A stretch of 64,000 bases of DNA from Quadrisphaera sp. (GTDB lineage: Bacteria; Actinomycetota; Actinomycetes; Actinomycetales; Quadrisphaeraceae): contig JARICT010000082.1 of assembly GCA_029257185.1 (NCBI GenBank), positions 9,100-73,099 of the forward strand. Reading direction: 5' to 3'. Shown here one piece after another: positions 62,120-64,000 of this stretch (its first letter is position 1; each line of letters opens with the position of its first letter). Position numbers and translations under genes: made by a program. Under the pieces are notes generated by a model. The model did no database searches. It was not told where the DNA came from and saw only the letters and a program-made list of their open reading frames with translations.

Positions 62120-63121
62120 TCAGCCGACGAGCGACCTGGCCTCCTGGCGTGCCGGCGCTGCATCCTCGGACCAGTGCGACAGCTCCGGCGGGATCGATTC
62201 GCCGCGTCGGCGCATGGCCTGGGCCCACAGCCGTCCGGCGCGGTAGGAGCTGCGGACCAGCGGTCCGGAGAGCACGCCCAGGTAACCCATCTCCTCGGCC
62301 GCGGTGGCGAGGTCCACGAACTCCTCCGGTCGCACCCAGCGCTCGACGGGGTGGTGCCGAGGGCTGGGCCGCAGGTACTGCGTGATGGTGAGGAGGTCCG
62401 TCCCGGCCTCCTGGAGGGCGGCCATGGCCTCGAGGATCTCGTCGGTGGTCTCGCCCATCCCGAGGATGAGGTTGGACTTCGTCACGAAGCCGTCTTCGCG
62501 GGCGGACGTGAGCACCGACAGCGAGCGCTCGAACCGGAAGCCCGGGCGGATGCGCTTGAAGATCCGCGGGACCGTCTCGACGTTGTGCGCGAGGACCTCC
62601 GGGCGGGAGGAGAAGACCTCGGCGAGCTGGTCGGGGTCGGCGTCGAAGTCGGGGATGAGCAGCTCGACGCCCGTGCCGGGGTTCAGCGCGTGGATCTGGC
62701 GGACCGTCTCGGCGTACAGCCAGGCGCCGCCGTCCGGGAGGTCGTCGCGGGCCACCCCGGTGATCGTCGAGTAGCGCAGCCCCATCGCCTGGACGGACTC
62801 GGCGACCCGTCGCGGCTCGTCGGCGTCGAAGTCCGCGGGCTTGCCGGTGTCGATCTGGCAGAAGTCGCAGCGCCGCGTGCACTGGTCACCCCCGATGAGG
62901 AAGGTGGCCTCGCGGTCCTCCCAGCACTCGAAGATGTTGGGGCACCCGGCCTCCTGGCACACGGTGTTGAGCCCCTCGCGTTTCACCAGACCCTGGAGGG
63001 CGGTGTACTCGGGGCCCATCTTCGCCGTGGTGCGGATCCACTCCGGCTTCTTCTCGATGGGCGTGGCGCTGTTGCGCGCCTCGACGCGCAGCATCTTGCG
63101 ACCTTCAGGGGCAGGGCTCAC
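62120..63121 (-). CDS. lipA: lipoyl synthase
   Basis: [17 protein letters not shown] plus CTRRCDFC (radical-SAM CxxxCxxC). Confidence 0.95.
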   Translation of the reverse strand: MSPAPEGRKMLRVEARNSATPIEKKPEWIRTTAKMGPEYTALQGLVKREGLNTVCQEAGCPNIFECWEDREATFLIGGDQCTRRCDFCQIDTGKPADFDADEPRRVAESVQAMGLRYSTITGVARDDLPDGGAWLYAETVRQIHALNPGTGVELLIPDFDADPDQLAEVFSSRPEVLAHNVETVPRIFKRIRPGFRFERSLSVLTSAREDGFVTKSNLILGMGETTDEILEAMAALQEAGTDLLTITQYLRPSPRHHPVERWVRPEEFVDLATAAEEMGYLGVLSGPLVRSSYRAGRLWAQAMRRRGESIPPELSHWSEDAAPARQEARSLVG

Positions 63122-63130
63122 GCATGGAGG

Positions 63131-63835
63131 CTACGCCCGTGCCACCGCTGCCGCCGCGACCGGTGCTGCTGCGGGGAGCAGCGCGCGCAGGTGCTCCTCG
63201 ACGCCGGGCTCGAGGTCGGCGACCTCGACGGGGCGGCCGGCCTCGAGCGCGAGGGTCGTGACGCCGGCGTCGGAGATCCCGCAGGGGGTGAACGTCTCGT
63301 AGGCAGCCAGGTCGCAGGACACGTTGAGCGCGAACCCGTGCATCGTCGTCGCCCGGGCCACCCGGATGCCGATCGCTGCGACCTTGCGCGCCGCGCCCGT
63401 CCCGGCCGGCCCGCCGTCAGCCCCCACCGCGCCCTCGCCGATCCACACGCCCGAGCGGCCGTCGACGCGCCCCCCCGTCACCCCGAGGTCAGCGCACACG
63501 GCCATGAGCACGTCCTCGAGCCGGCGCACGTAGGCGACCACGTCCACGGTGCCGGACGGGTCGGCGGGCAGGCGCAGGATCGGGTAGCCGACGAGCTGCC
63601 CCGGTCCGTGCCAGGTGATCTTGCCGCCGCGGTCGACGTCGACGACGGGGGTGCTCCCCGCAGGACGCTCGTGAGGGAGGGTGCGCTTGCCCGCCGTGTA
63701 CGTCGGGGGGTGCTCGAGCAGCAGCACGGTGTCGTCGCGATCACCGGCCACCACCTCTGCGTGGACCCGCCGCTGGAGCTCCCACGCCTCCTCGTAGCCC
63801 ACGAGCCCGCCAGGGGCCACCCTCTCGATCCGCAC
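63131..63835 (-). CDS. lipB: lipoyl(octanoyl) transferase
   Basis: [39 protein letters not shown]......MHGFALN. Confidence 0.9.
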   Translation of the reverse strand: MRIERVAPGGLVGYEEAWELQRRVHAEVVAGDRDDTVLLLEHPPTYTAGKRTLPHERPAGSTPVVDVDRGGKITWHGPGQLVGYPILRLPADPSGTVDVVAYVRRLEDVLMAVCADLGVTGGRVDGRSGVWIGEGAVGADGGPAGTGAARKVAAIGIRVARATTMHGFALNVSCDLAAYETFTPCGISDAGVTTLALEAGRPVEVADLEPGVEEHLRALLPAAAPVAAAAVARA

Positions 63836-63854
63836 GACGCCACGCTACGCCTCG

Positions 63855-64000
63855 TCAGCGCACGCCCGGCAGGAGCCGCGGAGCCAACCGCTCGGTGACG
63901 ACCGCGTCGTCCTCACCGCGTTCCACCACCCAGGCCGACGCCCCCGTCCGCTCGGTGACCGCCTCGACGAGCTCGGTGCCCTCAGGTCCCCCGTAGACCA
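63855..64000 (-). CDS. 3' end of an unidentified gene running off the window
   Basis: Manual translation gives ...VYGGPEGTELVEAVTERTGASAWVVERGEDDAVVTERLAPRLLPGVR*. Third-position GC bias is strong. It is too short to assign. Confidence 0.3.
   Translation of the reverse strand, partial: VYGGPEGTELVEAVTERTGASAWVVERGEDDAVVTERLAPRLLPGVR

Noticed and set aside
63868-63965. Repeated GTCACCGAGCGG 12-mer (two copies) in the partial gene at the window edge.
   Set aside because: It lies inside coding sequence and encodes VTER twice. The gene is truncated by the window, so it cannot be interpreted.
1-64000. A search for CRISPR arrays, rRNA/tRNA genes, transposases, integrases, prophage or toxin-antitoxin/defence islands.
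   Set aside because: None were seen. There are no regularly spaced repeats beyond the small ones listed. No intergenic region has tRNA-like structure. No recombinase motifs appear in any credible frame. The DUF1524 domains are in exported proteins, not in GmrSD-type restriction enzymes.

Overview
This is a very GC-rich chromosomal segment. Its gene content and synteny fit the core genome of a high-GC Gram-positive bacterium (Actinomycetota, Micrococcales-like). Housekeeping content includes hisE-hisG, hisF, a class I ribonucleotide reductase, pta-ackA, an LpqY/SugABC-type sugar importer and two pairs of heterodimeric ABC exporters. The block lipB-lipA-DUF4191-RDD-glnA has the same order I recall for Mycobacterium Rv2217-Rv2220. 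I resolve about 54 protein-coding genes and saw no rRNA, tRNA, CRISPR array, transposase or integrase. Many long ORFs in the supplied track are wrong-frame or antisense artefacts of GC richness. Others are read-through N-terminal extensions, which I trimmed to start codons that overlap the upstream stop (GTGA/ATGA). The most interesting block is an eight-gene, translationally coupled minus-strand operon at 22393-33029. It encodes the complete ADP-heptose pathway as two unusual fusion proteins (GmhA-HldE and GT2-GmhB). It also carries two family-9 heptosyltransferase-type enzymes, two further glycosyltransferases, an SDR and a carbamoyltransferase. That is LPS-core-type chemistry in an organism that should have no LPS. 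Other notable items:
- an EAL-DICT-LOV-degenerate-GGDEF protein, predicted to be a blue-light-gated c-di-GMP phosphodiesterase;
- a secreted DUF1524 nuclease fused to two bulb-type lectin domains and an Excalibur domain, with a shorter paralog 5 kb away;
- a tyrosyl-radical-less class Ic RNR beta subunit, with tandem NrdR boxes upstream of nrdA;
- a HAIR-like operator upstream of hsp20;
- an Rv2629-like eRF1-fold protein;
- a TagF-nucleotidyltransferase fusion;
- several perfect hairpins and direct repeats in intergenic regions.
All functional calls come from motif and family recognition by eye. No database search was run.
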